A stretch of 20,870 nt of DNA from Candidatus Heimdallarchaeota archaeon (GCA_019057635.1 DXJL01000036.1:1-20870); one strand, 5' to 3'. Shown: positions 1-8,850, counted from the first letter of the stretch. Numbers and translations: made by a program. The notes: generated by a model from the letters alone, not told the origin.

Positions 1-438
1 CATTAATACATCAAAAACTTCTTTCAGGGCACTAAATTCTTCCCATGTACCATTTCTAGGGTCAACATTATAGTAATTTGACACAGAAAATCCTCTGTCT
101 GTATCCCATGAGTAAAAGGGTAGAATATGACAACCATTGATAGTTTTTTTCAAAAAGCTAGTAGAAAAACGTTTGAGAACTTCTAAAGGAGTAATTTCAT
201 CGCCCTGAATAGAATCAGCATAAGTATTAAGAATAATGTCATTATTGGAATATTTTCCCTTGAAAGACACTTCCTCCGACTCTTCCAATAGGTGGATTGC
301 ATGACTGTTGGTATAGCTTGCTAGAAGACTTTCAATATCCTTATATAGAGCATTCGATTGGTCACCATAAAGAATTTCTAGTTTTCTTTCTATTATTGTC
401 TTTGCTTCAGGGGGAAAAAATACCAAAATTGTATACAT
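1..438 (-). CDS. GH13_18 glycoside phosphorylase (sucrose/glucosylglycerate phosphorylase, YcjM-like), N-terminal part; continues beyond left edge
   Basis: Not in ORF track. Manual minus-strand translation from ATG at 438 (alternative TTG at 426): MYTILVFFPPEAKTIIERKLEILYGD...DIILNTYADSI...INGCHILPFYSWDTDRGFSVSNYYNVDPRNGTWEEFSALKEVFDVLM. The ILxTYxDS, HILPFY and DxGFSVxxY..VDPxxGxW motifs are typical of GH13_18 phosphorylases. Confidence 0.85.
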   Translation of the reverse strand, partial: MYTILVFFPPEAKTIIERKLEILYGDQSNALYKDIESLLASYTNSHAIHLLEESEEVSFKGKYSNNDIILNTYADSIQGDEITPLEVLKRFSTSFLKKTINGCHILPFYSWDTDRGFSVSNYYNVDPRNGTWEEFSALKEVFDVLM

Positions 439-773
439 CCTATTTTAGCTGTTTAAATCAGAAAAACGGTGTTTCTGTTTAGGAAAGGTCTATTTGATTA
501 ATAATTTGGAACTGATCTACTCCAAATATGAAGTTGTTGTTCGTTACGATTTACTTAGAGGAATAAAGAAATGAACTATTAATTAAAATAATACCTCATG
601 ATTCCCAAAGTATTATGCATGTTGTGTTCATTGAAGATACTAAGTTACATGGAGATACGCAACTGTAGGTAATGGATGCAGTTATATTTTTTCTTCAACA
701 AAGATGGAAAAGTTCTTTGGTCTCAGCAGAGGATGGTAGTTTACATATGAATTTCGTAATAGGGAGAAATAAA

Positions 774-2135
774 TTAATTTGACAAAGAAGAAAGAAGAGG
801 TTGAAGATATTCACCGAGAGCGGTAATTGAGAACTTTTGTAAACCAATTTCATAATTAGAAAGAACCATTTTCACCCTAGTAGTTTGATCTTGCAGTACC
901 AAAATTACAGCTTGGGCTACTTGGTGAAGTTTATCCTGTGTTACGGAAACTAATCCATTCACATCTGGTTTTTGGAGATTAGATCCGAGAGAAATAGTTT
1001 TAAACCCGAATGGGCCGATATCCTCTTTAAAGACATCGTACTCGAATAAAACTATTGGAAGCTTGGCTTTTACGGCTTCCAAAAATTGATTCCCCCATCC
1101 TTCCTGCAAGCTAGGATATGAAACCAAGTCTGCTTGCGTATAGCTATCCCATAGACTATAAATTTTCAATTTACTTTCAGAAACATGTCGATGGTTAGCG
1201 AATATATTGCTACAAAAACGATACTCAACATTGAGGGTTTTACACTTGTTCTCTAATCTCTCTTTATAGTCTGTATCTTCAATTAAATTTGGCATTACTA
1301 AAACAATTTTATTATTCTTTTGAAAAATTCTACCATCATACAGAGGTCTATTCAATAATATTCGATTATATTCTATTTTATTCAATTCATGAATCAGATC
1401 AATAACCAACTCAATCCCTTTCCTATCGATTATACGTGTGGCTTGTAAAATTATAATATCGTTATCATCAATGTTCAAACTAATTCGTATATCTGAATTG
1501 AAAGAATCTTTAATCCAATTAGAATCCTCAAAATAAAACACATTCGGAATAACTTTGGAATCGATATCTCTTCTTTTCTTAAGTTTATTTTTTGCTAATG
1601 AATTGATTACGATATGTTGAATATTGGGAAGGTTAGGAGGGAATATCTTATCTAAATATGACCGTATAAGATGACAACTTGGCTTATAATATGATCGCTC
1701 CCAAAAAAAATCATGTGAATGACTCATAGTCGAAATCCCTTTAGTTCTAACTACCTCAAATAATGCCAAAGAAGCAGGAATATTCAAAGGTAAACTGAAA
1801 ATATTATTGATAATGAAACATGTAATATTAAATTCTTCAATAAAAGTATGAATTTTCGGTTTAATACGATCTGTTATTAACCTGATCTCATCTCTTAATG
1901 CTTTTTCTGCGTTTGGATCTATTTTGTGGGAAAATGCTTTATCACGAATATTGATGCTAGGTAGATAATCTAAGGATAGTTCGGATATAATAGTTCCCTC
2001 GCTTTGACCTGAAGAGCCTGCTAGATAGTAAACATTATGGTTAAATCTCTCCTCTAAAACCCGGTACCATTTATCCATCTCCAACGAAACACCATCTAAT
2101 TCGCCCACTCTAAAATGAACCATTGCAATATTCAC
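774..2135 (-). CDS. GT4 (GT-B) glycosyltransferase, mannosylglucosylglycerate synthase (MggS)-like
   Basis: N-terminal HFRVGELDGVSLEMDKW, NIFSLPLN, HHDF-like HSHDFFWER, QATRIIDRKGIE and the GT4 EX7E motif (YPSLQEGWGNQFLE). GTG start preceded by a GAAGGTG RBS. Exact substrate is inferred. Confidence 0.8.
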   Translation of the reverse strand: MNIAMVHFRVGELDGVSLEMDKWYRVLEERFNHNVYYLAGSSGQSEGTIISELSLDYLPSINIRDKAFSHKIDPNAEKALRDEIRLITDRIKPKIHTFIEEFNITCFIINNIFSLPLNIPASLALFEVVRTKGISTMSHSHDFFWERSYYKPSCHLIRSYLDKIFPPNLPNIQHIVINSLAKNKLKKRRDIDSKVIPNVFYFEDSNWIKDSFNSDIRISLNIDDNDIIILQATRIIDRKGIELVIDLIHELNKIEYNRILLNRPLYDGRIFQKNNKIVLVMPNLIEDTDYKERLENKCKTLNVEYRFCSNIFANHRHVSESKLKIYSLWDSYTQADLVSYPSLQEGWGNQFLEAVKAKLPIVLFEYDVFKEDIGPFGFKTISLGSNLQKPDVNGLVSVTQDKLHQVAQAVILVLQDQTTRVKMVLSNYEIGLQKFSITALGEYLQPLLSSLSN

Positions 2136-2170
2136 TCTTTTAACACCTTCAGTAAATAAAAAATAACAAC

Positions 2171-2276
2171 GTTCACAGATTATAATCTTTAGATCAAATA
2201 ATTGATCAGTTTCAAGTGAATATATCTAATAACCCTTAAGAATTTATAGTATGATTTGAGGAAATTATAGTATGAT
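2171..2276. promoter_or_regulatory. Divergent promoter region with palindromes and a direct repeat (candidate operators)
   Basis: Perfect palindrome AGATTATAATCT (2177-2188), inverted repeat GATCAA-n4-TTGATC (2192-2207), direct repeat TTATAGTATGAT at 2244-2255 and 2265-2276, between divergent starts at 2135 and 2288. Confidence 0.5.
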
Positions 2277-2287
2277 CGTATTCTAGC

Positions 2288-2950
2288 ATGAGGAAAATTA
2301 AATTGCAGATGGAAGAACCAAAAAGGATGAAAAATTCTGTAAAAATCCTTTTAATCGGTGGAAGTATTTTATTTATTCTTCAAAACATCTTCTACTATCT
2401 TTTTGCTAAACCACTTCCGTTAGATATTATCGCATCTATAATGTTCAGTGCTTCTTTCATTCTAATGTTTATTCAGACAAAAATACGTTTATTTTTTCTT
2501 TCAGGCGTCACTTTACTTGGATGGGTCATTGGGACGTCATTGTGGCGTGCGTTTGTCATTCTAAACCCATTTACCTTCGGAGTAAATTTAGCTGGGCATT
2601 TTCAAGTTTTGATAATCTTTGGGATATGCTCACTATTATATTTCACTAGTTTTATTATCTTTATAAGGGCATTACATGAATCAGTAGAGTATAATCCTAT
2701 ATTTAACTCGAAGAAAAGTTTTTCTTTAATTTACATACGAATTTACTTGCTTTATCTTATACTCAATCTTATTATTTCACTTGGGATAGTAGTTGGTGGA
2801 ATTTATCCAGGTTTTTTGGTAATGATTGAGTTGGGGCTCTTTTTTAAACTTTTCATCATTCCAGCATTAGGAATTATGGTTTTCGGTGGTCTTTGTTACT
2901 TATTTATTCAAAATAGAAAGGTAATGCATAATACTATGAATGAAGCTTAA
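2288..2950 (+). CDS. Hypothetical integral membrane protein (about 6 TM segments)
   Basis: 220 aa ORF made almost entirely of hydrophobic segments; no family recognised; true start may be a downstream ATG. Confidence 0.7.
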   Translation: MRKIKLQMEEPKRMKNSVKILLIGGSILFILQNIFYYLFAKPLPLDIIASIMFSASFILMFIQTKIRLFFLSGVTLLGWVIGTSLWRAFVILNPFTFGVNLAGHFQVLIIFGICSLLYFTSFIIFIRALHESVEYNPIFNSKKSFSLIYIRIYLLYLILNLIISLGIVVGGIYPGFLVMIELGLFFKLFIIPALGIMVFGGLCYLFIQNRKVMHNTMNEA

Positions 2951-3005
2951 GAAAATTTAGTAGATATTGACAAAAAGTAACTAGGATGAGAATTTTGAAT
3001 TTTTT

Positions 3006-4103
3006 CTAATATAACGTTTTACCTGTCTCTTTATGGAATAAATAGATACTTTTTGGATCAAAACCCACTTTAAATTGCATACCTGGCTCATAATCTTGCT
3101 CTGGAGGAAAAACAGCCATGAAATAAGCTTCTCCAATCTTAAATTCAGTATCTACTTCAGTACCTCTGGGTTGTGCAACTGTTATTTCTGCAGGAATGAT
3201 ATAATCTGTTGGTAATTCTGTTGGTTCAAATATTAGAGATTGAGGTCGAATTCCCATAATTAAACCTTCATCCTTAACAGAAAGTATTGCTTTTTCTAAT
3301 CTTTCAGGAACAGGTAATTTCATTGCGAAAAAAGATAACCAAATCTTCCCCTGTTGTTCAACTAATTTTACATTATTAAAATTCATAGGAGGAGATCCAA
3401 TGAATCCAGCTACAAATTTATTAACCGGATTATAGAAAATATCATGAGGAGAACCAACTTGTTGCAAAACTCCATTATCAACAATGACTATACGATCCCC
3501 CATAGTCATAGCTTCAACTTGGTCATGTGTCACATATAATGTAGTTATTTTTAGCCTTCGTTGTAATTTTTTTAATTCAGCACGCATTTTTACTCGAAGT
3601 TTAGCGTCTAAATTACTAAGAGGTTCATCCATTAAAAAGACGCGAGGTTTCCGTATAATTGCACGACCAAGGGCAACCCGTTGACGTTGTCCTCCACTTA
3701 ATTCCTTAGGTTTTCGATCCAACAGTTCCGAAATGCCCATAATCTCAGCAGTTTCAAGAACTCTGGATCTGATTTCCTCTTTCGGAACTTTACTAACCAT
3801 CAACGGGAAACTAAGGTTATCTCGAACATTTTTGTGAGGATAGAGGGCATAAGACTGGAAAACCATTGCAATATCTCTCTGTTTTGGTGATAGGAAATTT
3901 ACAATTTGATCATCTATCAGAATATTTCCATTGGTCGGAGTTTCTAAACCAGCGAGCATACGAAGTATGGTACTTTTTCCACAGCCACTTGGACCGACTA
4001 CTACAAGAAATTCTTGGTCAGGTATTTCCATTGAGAAATCCTTAACTGCAGGTTCTGGAGCTCCAAAATCCTTTACAACTTTTTCAAATCGAATTGTTGC
4101 CAT
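3006..4103 (-). CDS. Carbohydrate ABC transporter ATP-binding subunit (MalK/UgpC/YcjV family)
   Basis: Walker A GPSGCGKS, AMVFQSYALYPH, signature LSGGQRQR, Walker B DEPLSNLD, YVTHDQ H-loop, C-terminal OB/TOBE regulatory region. Confidence 0.96.
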   Translation of the reverse strand: MATIRFEKVVKDFGAPEPAVKDFSMEIPDQEFLVVVGPSGCGKSTILRMLAGLETPTNGNILIDDQIVNFLSPKQRDIAMVFQSYALYPHKNVRDNLSFPLMVSKVPKEEIRSRVLETAEIMGISELLDRKPKELSGGQRQRVALGRAIIRKPRVFLMDEPLSNLDAKLRVKMRAELKKLQRRLKITTLYVTHDQVEAMTMGDRIVIVDNGVLQQVGSPHDIFYNPVNKFVAGFIGSPPMNFNNVKLVEQQGKIWLSFFAMKLPVPERLEKAILSVKDEGLIMGIRPQSLIFEPTELPTDYIIPAEITVAQPRGTEVDTEFKIGEAYFMAVFPPEQDYEPGMQFKVGFDPKSIYLFHKETGKTLY

Positions 4104-4135
4104 TTTAATTACTCGTTAAATTTATTTTATGAAGT

Positions 4136-4981
4136 TCATCCTTTTACAGCTCCCGCTGTAAGACCTTTTACCATATATTTTTCAGCTAACAAATAAAGAA
4201 TTATTACTGGGGTTAGTAATATCATTGCAGACGCTAAATATGCACCAAAATCAGCTAAATGAGCTGTTTTTCGAGCTAAACCGATTGCTAATGTGAATTG
4301 ATCTGATGATAACGTTAAAAGAAAAGTTCGTGCAAAAAGATATTCATTCCAAACAATCATAAATATAAATAGTGAGATTGAGGCGATTGTAGGAAGTGAC
4401 AATGGTAGGGTAATTTTTCTTATTACTTCAAAACGTGAACAACCATCAATTAAAGCGGCTTCCTCTATTTCTGCAGGAATTGTTTGAAAATAACCAGCCA
4501 TCATATAGAGGGCAACAGGAACTGTTTGTGCTAGATAAGCAATTGCCAAACCCGTCATATTTCCGGCAAAACCCAGTTTAGAAGCTAAAACAAAGAGTGG
4601 GATTATCATAATAATACCTGGAAACGTATAAATTAGTAAGATTGAATTTGTTATTAGTGCTTTTCCACGAAATTTCATTCTTGCGACAGCATATGCACCA
4701 AAAGTTGCAATAGTAAGTGTAAGAACAACTGAAAGTATTGAAATATAGAGAGAATTGAGAAATAAGCTAATAAGAGATGGATATGCTTTGGTTACTGCGA
4801 ATTCATAATTAAATAAAGTTAAAGTCGTTTCCCATGGAAAAATTACATTTGGTTCAAACAAATCAGTCAATACTTTTACTGAACTAAATGCAAGCCAGTA
4901 AAATGGAAAGAGTGCTATAATTAGGAGAAATGAAATGCCTATTGCTACAAATACGTTTTTGAAATTTTTTTTCCAATTCAT
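4136..4981 (-). CDS. Carbohydrate ABC transporter permease (MalG/YcjP-like)
   Basis: EAA loop EIEEAALIDGCSRF, WNEYLFA, C-terminal KGLTAGAVKG; about 6 TM. Confidence 0.94.
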   Translation of the reverse strand: MNWKKNFKNVFVAIGISFLLIIALFPFYWLAFSSVKVLTDLFEPNVIFPWETTLTLFNYEFAVTKAYPSLISLFLNSLYISILSVVLTLTIATFGAYAVARMKFRGKALITNSILLIYTFPGIIMIIPLFVLASKLGFAGNMTGLAIAYLAQTVPVALYMMAGYFQTIPAEIEEAALIDGCSRFEVIRKITLPLSLPTIASISLFIFMIVWNEYLFARTFLLTLSSDQFTLAIGLARKTAHLADFGAYLASAMILLTPVIILYLLAEKYMVKGLTAGAVKG

Positions 4982-5015
4982 TTTAATTCACATAAATTTG
5001 TTTATTTTTTACTCC

Positions 5016-6761
5016 TTACCATTTTAGTACTTTCTTTCCAAAGACCGCTGAAAAAGCAAGTAAAGCAAGAAATAATACTACTGCAACAGCAGCAGCTTCA
5101 CTGACCCTGAAAAGAACTCCAGTGAAAACTTTATCGAATATGTAGATGGGTAAAACTAAAGTACCTGTTTCAATACTCCCAGTCGTAAATAGATATACAT
5201 CATCAAATTTATTGAAAGTCCATATAAAACGCAATAAAATAACTACTCCAAGAACATATCTTAATTCGGGAAGAGTTATATGCCAAAACTTTTGTGTATC
5301 ACTAGCTCCATCAATATCAGCAGCTTCGTACAATTCTTCTGGAATAGCTTGTAATTGAGCAAGGATCATAAGCATAGCAAAAGGAAAATACTTCCAAATT
5401 TCAAATACGACCACAATAATGAACGCCCACGGAGTTTGGTCAATCCATGGTTCATACAAGCCCTGGTTTATTCCAAAAAGAAAGTAATTTACTAAACCAT
5501 ATACCTCATCTAAAGCCCATGTCCAGAGTAAAACCATTGCAACTGTAGAGGCAATGTATGGAAATAGCATTACACTCCTAATAAACCCACGTCCTGGTAT
5601 TGAGCGATTTAGTAATAGCGCTGCAACTAGTCCCAACATAACTGATCCAAGTGTTCCAAAGATTGTATAAAGAATACTCGTGATTGTAGCCGTAAAGAAT
5701 TCTGGATCATTAAACAATTTTGTATAGTTATAAAAACCAACAAAATCAGGACTTTTTGCACCTGGACCTACATTTTCTAATCCCACATTGAAAAACGAAG
5801 CTAAAATTATCCATATTATTGGAATCAAAACGATTCCGCAAACTACGGCAACTGTAGGGAGTATGAAAGTGATTGCTGTTTGTTCTTCTTGTTGTTCTGC
5901 AGTTCTCAAAACATCAAACTTATGGCGAATATTGTTACTTCTCAAGCTATTAATCGTAATTGCTGAGATGATTATTGTAAAAGCTAAAAGAATATTAAAG
6001 GTCAATATGGCAATAACCACAATTGTTCCCCAAATAAGAATTAATCGTAAATTAGCAATATATTTTTCTTTTAATGAGAACTTAGAAAGAATTAACACCA
6101 AAATAGAACCTAGGGAACCTATTAATCCGCTTAACAAAACAATTAAGTTATTTTCACTAATAGACAGGATAATGCCAATACCTGCAGCTAATAGTGTGAT
6201 AACTAGTAAGAATCCACTTTTCCTTTGCAAAGATCGAACTTCTCTCTCTGAATATTTTTCTGAGAGTAAATTTACTGACCAGTAAATTCCTATTAAGGAA
6301 AACAATAAGCCTAAGAAAAGACCTTTAGTTAAAAGAAAGGAATCTTCATTGATAAATATGTTGTTAAACCACATTTCTAAAGTAAGTGTTGTAATTCCGC
6401 CAAATCCTTGTATTAAGATATTTGTAAAGCCTTTAAAAATCACTAAATAAAATCCATTTATTAATTCAAACGAGATTCTACCATAACCTGCAAAAATTGT
6501 TACAACTAAGATAGAAACATGAGATATAAGAAGAAAAAACCATCCCCAAGGACTGTCCAAATAAAACCTCAATTCGAGATAAAGAATAATGAGGAATGTT
6601 AGAATCATTAAAAAGCCAAAAATTTCATCAAAAATATTACCCGATGTAACAAATAGAAGAAGTCCTAATACAACAATAATTAAATTTACAATAGTCGTAG
6701 AAAATATGATTAGCCATTCTGAAATCATTTTAGAAGGCTTTGTTATCTGACTATTTTCCAT
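5016..6761 (-). CDS. Carbohydrate ABC transporter permease (MalF/YcjO-like) with a large N-terminal multi-TM extension
   Basis: C-terminal ~290 aa has FVGFYNY, WKYFPF and EAA loop ELYEAADIDGAS. N-terminal ~290 aa is an additional very hydrophobic domain in the same open frame. Confidence 0.9.
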   Translation of the reverse strand: MENSQITKPSKMISEWLIIFSTTIVNLIIVVLGLLLFVTSGNIFDEIFGFLMILTFLIILYLELRFYLDSPWGWFFLLISHVSILVVTIFAGYGRISFELINGFYLVIFKGFTNILIQGFGGITTLTLEMWFNNIFINEDSFLLTKGLFLGLLFSLIGIYWSVNLLSEKYSEREVRSLQRKSGFLLVITLLAAGIGIILSISENNLIVLLSGLIGSLGSILVLILSKFSLKEKYIANLRLILIWGTIVVIAILTFNILLAFTIIISAITINSLRSNNIRHKFDVLRTAEQQEEQTAITFILPTVAVVCGIVLIPIIWIILASFFNVGLENVGPGAKSPDFVGFYNYTKLFNDPEFFTATITSILYTIFGTLGSVMLGLVAALLLNRSIPGRGFIRSVMLFPYIASTVAMVLLWTWALDEVYGLVNYFLFGINQGLYEPWIDQTPWAFIIVVVFEIWKYFPFAMLMILAQLQAIPEELYEAADIDGASDTQKFWHITLPELRYVLGVVILLRFIWTFNKFDDVYLFTTGSIETGTLVLPIYIFDKVFTGVLFRVSEAAAVAVVLFLALLAFSAVFGKKVLKW

Positions 6762-6795
6762 TAAACCACATCAAGTTATGTTTCTGTGATGATTT

Positions 6796-6812
6796 AAAAA
6801 AAAAGGGGGGGG
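6796..6812 (-). terminator. C8-T9 tract, probable intra-operon archaeal-type terminator after the binding-protein gene
   Basis: Plus strand A9 (6796-6804) then G8 (6805-6812), i.e. CCCCCCCCTTTTTTTTT on the minus strand, about 10 nt after the stop at 6822. Confidence 0.55.
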
Positions 6813-6821
6813 TGTAGAGTT

Positions 6822-8237
6822 TTACTTTCTACGTTTTCTGACAAACACGACAAGGATCAGGAGACTTGCAAAGAATGCGAATATACCAAATCCAGGTGCT
6901 GACGAAGGTGTTTCACCAAGTGCATCAAGAAAAGCTGCTTCAGCATCTATTAACGCTGTTTCTGCATCAGAAGTGTTTGCAATGACACTTACTATTGCCT
7001 TAGGCATAATAAGTTCACCATATAACGTAGCAATTTTTGTAGAATAAGAATTACCGTCAATTAGACCCCAACGGGCAATATTCTTGAAACCATTGAGAAT
7101 ATCAGCAGCAAGTCCTGATTCATACGAACCCCACACTTCATGTTGTGTCCAATTAGCTAATATTGCGGTTGTTTGCCTTAACGGCATTTTCCCTGTAATA
7201 GCCATATTGATCCATTCTAGATATTCAGCATCAGTTTCCAGTATAAATTTTACAAAAGCTTCAGCTGTTGAGTCTGCTCCCACTGTAATTCCGAGAGCTG
7301 ATAATTGACCATATGTGGCAGTTTCAGAATGGTTTCCAGTAATTGCGGCCTGAAAACCAGTGATATCTCCTAAATTTGGTACTGGAGCCCATTCTCTTGC
7401 TTGTAAACCAAGAATATCATCAGCAATGTATGTACTGTAAACCATCATCGCAGCTTTTCCAGTCAAATATAATTGATTTGCAGCGTCCCAATTGTTAAAT
7501 CCTTTGGGTGCATATTGGGCAAGGTCAGCGTAATATTTAAGCGTTTCTAGCTGTCTTTCTGAGTTCAAATCAACTTTTCCATCTTCATCAAGAGCCCGAG
7601 CACCGTTTGCAAGAGCAAAATGTTCGTAAACCTGCTGGGTGTATGTCGCTTTAGGGTCAGTACCTATGACAATACCATACATAGGATTGAGTGCACTAGT
7701 AGTGTTATGAAGCGTTTTGGCTGCTAACATAATATTGGCCCAGCTATCTGGGTCAGATAATCCAGCAGCAGTAAACAGGTCTTTACGATACCATATACCT
7801 TGAACCCAACCGTCTATAGGCACTGCTCCGTATTTATCAGAGTCACCTGTAGTACCAGGGTTGGCTGTAAGAGGTAAACCACCTAAATCGGCTATACTAG
7901 TGCCTACAGTAGTAGCTCTCTCGGCATCCAATATACCTTGATCTACATATCCACCTATATATTCGTAAAAGATCTGCATAACGTCTGGTAATGTCCCAGC
8001 AGCTTTTGCAGAGGCGATTTGTTCAGGTAAATCATTTTCATCTACTCCTACAACATCAACAGTAGCACCTGTAAACCGACTTGCAATTCCCTCGATTATT
8101 TCGGGTCGTCCAGGGTCAGTCTCTGTTGTCCAAAAAGTGAGAGTTGCCTGAGGTTTACTAGTGACTTGAGGGATAACACCAAGAAAACCTAAGCTAAGTA
8201 TTCCTAAAACTAGAATAGAAATTATTTTTTTATTCAT
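6822..8237 (-). CDS. Carbohydrate ABC transporter substrate-binding protein (YcjN-like) with C-terminal PGF-type membrane anchor
   Basis: Start reassigned to ATG at 8237 (MNKKIISILVLGILSLG signal peptide; AAGGAG RBS upstream) instead of TTG at 8300. GIWYRKD, FALANG, MMVYSTYI and TYGQLSALGIT resemble E. coli YcjN as recalled from memory. Ends APGF-hydrophobic helix-RKRRK. Confidence 0.92.
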   Translation of the reverse strand: MNKKIISILVLGILSLGFLGVIPQVTSKPQATLTFWTTETDPGRPEIIEGIASRFTGATVDVVGVDENDLPEQIASAKAAGTLPDVMQIFYEYIGGYVDQGILDAERATTVGTSIADLGGLPLTANPGTTGDSDKYGAVPIDGWVQGIWYRKDLFTAAGLSDPDSWANIMLAAKTLHNTTSALNPMYGIVIGTDPKATYTQQVYEHFALANGARALDEDGKVDLNSERQLETLKYYADLAQYAPKGFNNWDAANQLYLTGKAAMMVYSTYIADDILGLQAREWAPVPNLGDITGFQAAITGNHSETATYGQLSALGITVGADSTAEAFVKFILETDAEYLEWINMAITGKMPLRQTTAILANWTQHEVWGSYESGLAADILNGFKNIARWGLIDGNSYSTKIATLYGELIMPKAIVSVIANTSDAETALIDAEAAFLDALGETPSSAPGFGIFAFFASLLILVVFVRKRRK

Positions 8238-8321
8238 AGAATTTTTCTCCTTTAAATTAATCCTCTCGTTTAAAGATTGTAAACTAACGATTTGGATCAA
8301 AGGAATGAAGGAACGAAATGC

Positions 8322-8336
8322 TATATATATATTTTA
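8322..8336 (-). promoter_or_regulatory. Candidate TATA box of the ABC operon
   Basis: TATATATATATTTTA run about 85 nt upstream of the binding-protein ATG; position plausible but unverified. Confidence 0.4.
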
Positions 8337-8460
8337 TGATGTAAATTCGTAATTTTAAGAATTTTCCCCAAAAAAAACCGACAAAAACGTCGTAAGGAAT
8401 ATTGGGTATTTCCATAATATTTCGTCTATTGATGTAACTGTTTACTTAACGATAGGGACA

Positions 8461-8598
8461 ATTGAAGAGACAACCCATACAATAAATTAGACATCTGGTT
8501 GGACAATCTTCATATTACTCCCCCTTATTATCTCTGGGATGTATTTTATAAAAGCTCGTAATTATGATTGTATTGAGGAAATCACGAATATTTACTAA
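8461..8598 (+). pseudogene. Possible relic of the C-terminal sorting tail of a surface protein
   Basis: Frame reads IEETTHTIN*TSGWTIFILLPLIISGMYFIKAR...*: Thr-rich linker, SGW motif, hydrophobic helix, basic residues; in-frame stop and no upstream start. Confidence 0.3.
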
Positions 8599-8696
8599 AT
8601 TTTTTTAGGAAAAGAGAGAATTACATGTTTAGATTTTTGAGAACAATCACAGTTTGACGAAGTTGAAGTGTCTATAGGGGTATTCAATTTTCATAA

Positions 8697-8840
8697 TATG
8701 ATCAAAATGAAGAAACACAGTTTAATGCGCATGTAAATACTGCAACAAAAGCCCGTGTTGGCTACAGAATTGATTTAGTTTTTGATATGATTCGAACTCA
8801 TATATTTGACGGAGAAACAGAACTGAATTTAACAATCTAA
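8697..8840 (+). pseudogene. Relic C-terminus (OB/TOBE region) of a MalK/MsmX-type ABC ATPase
   Basis: Open frame directly after an in-frame TAA (8694-8696): YDQNEETQFNAHVNTATKARVGYRIDLVFDMIRTHIFDGETELNLTI*. It matches the FxAxV...GxxIxLxFDMxxxHxFDxETE ending of sugar ABC ATPases. Confidence 0.6.
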
Positions 8841-8850
8841 ATACCCGTCA

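Noticed and set aside
297-482. 61 aa plus-strand ORF from the track
   Set aside because: Antisense shadow of the GH13_18 phosphorylase N-terminus, which has clear family motifs.
500-783. Stop-interrupted protein-like plus-strand frames in the phosphorylase-GT4 spacer
   Set aside because: No recognisable family, several stops, no convincing start or RBS; cannot be supported as a gene or pseudogene.
3484-7308. Short plus-strand ORFs (3484-3684, 3931-4119, 5146-5358, 5788-6285, 7084-7308)
   Set aside because: All lie antisense to well-supported ABC transporter genes and have no motifs.
8238-8300. N-terminal extension MIQIVSLQ... of the binding protein in the ORF track
   Set aside because: The ATG at 8237 has an AAGGAG RBS and directly begins a typical signal peptide.
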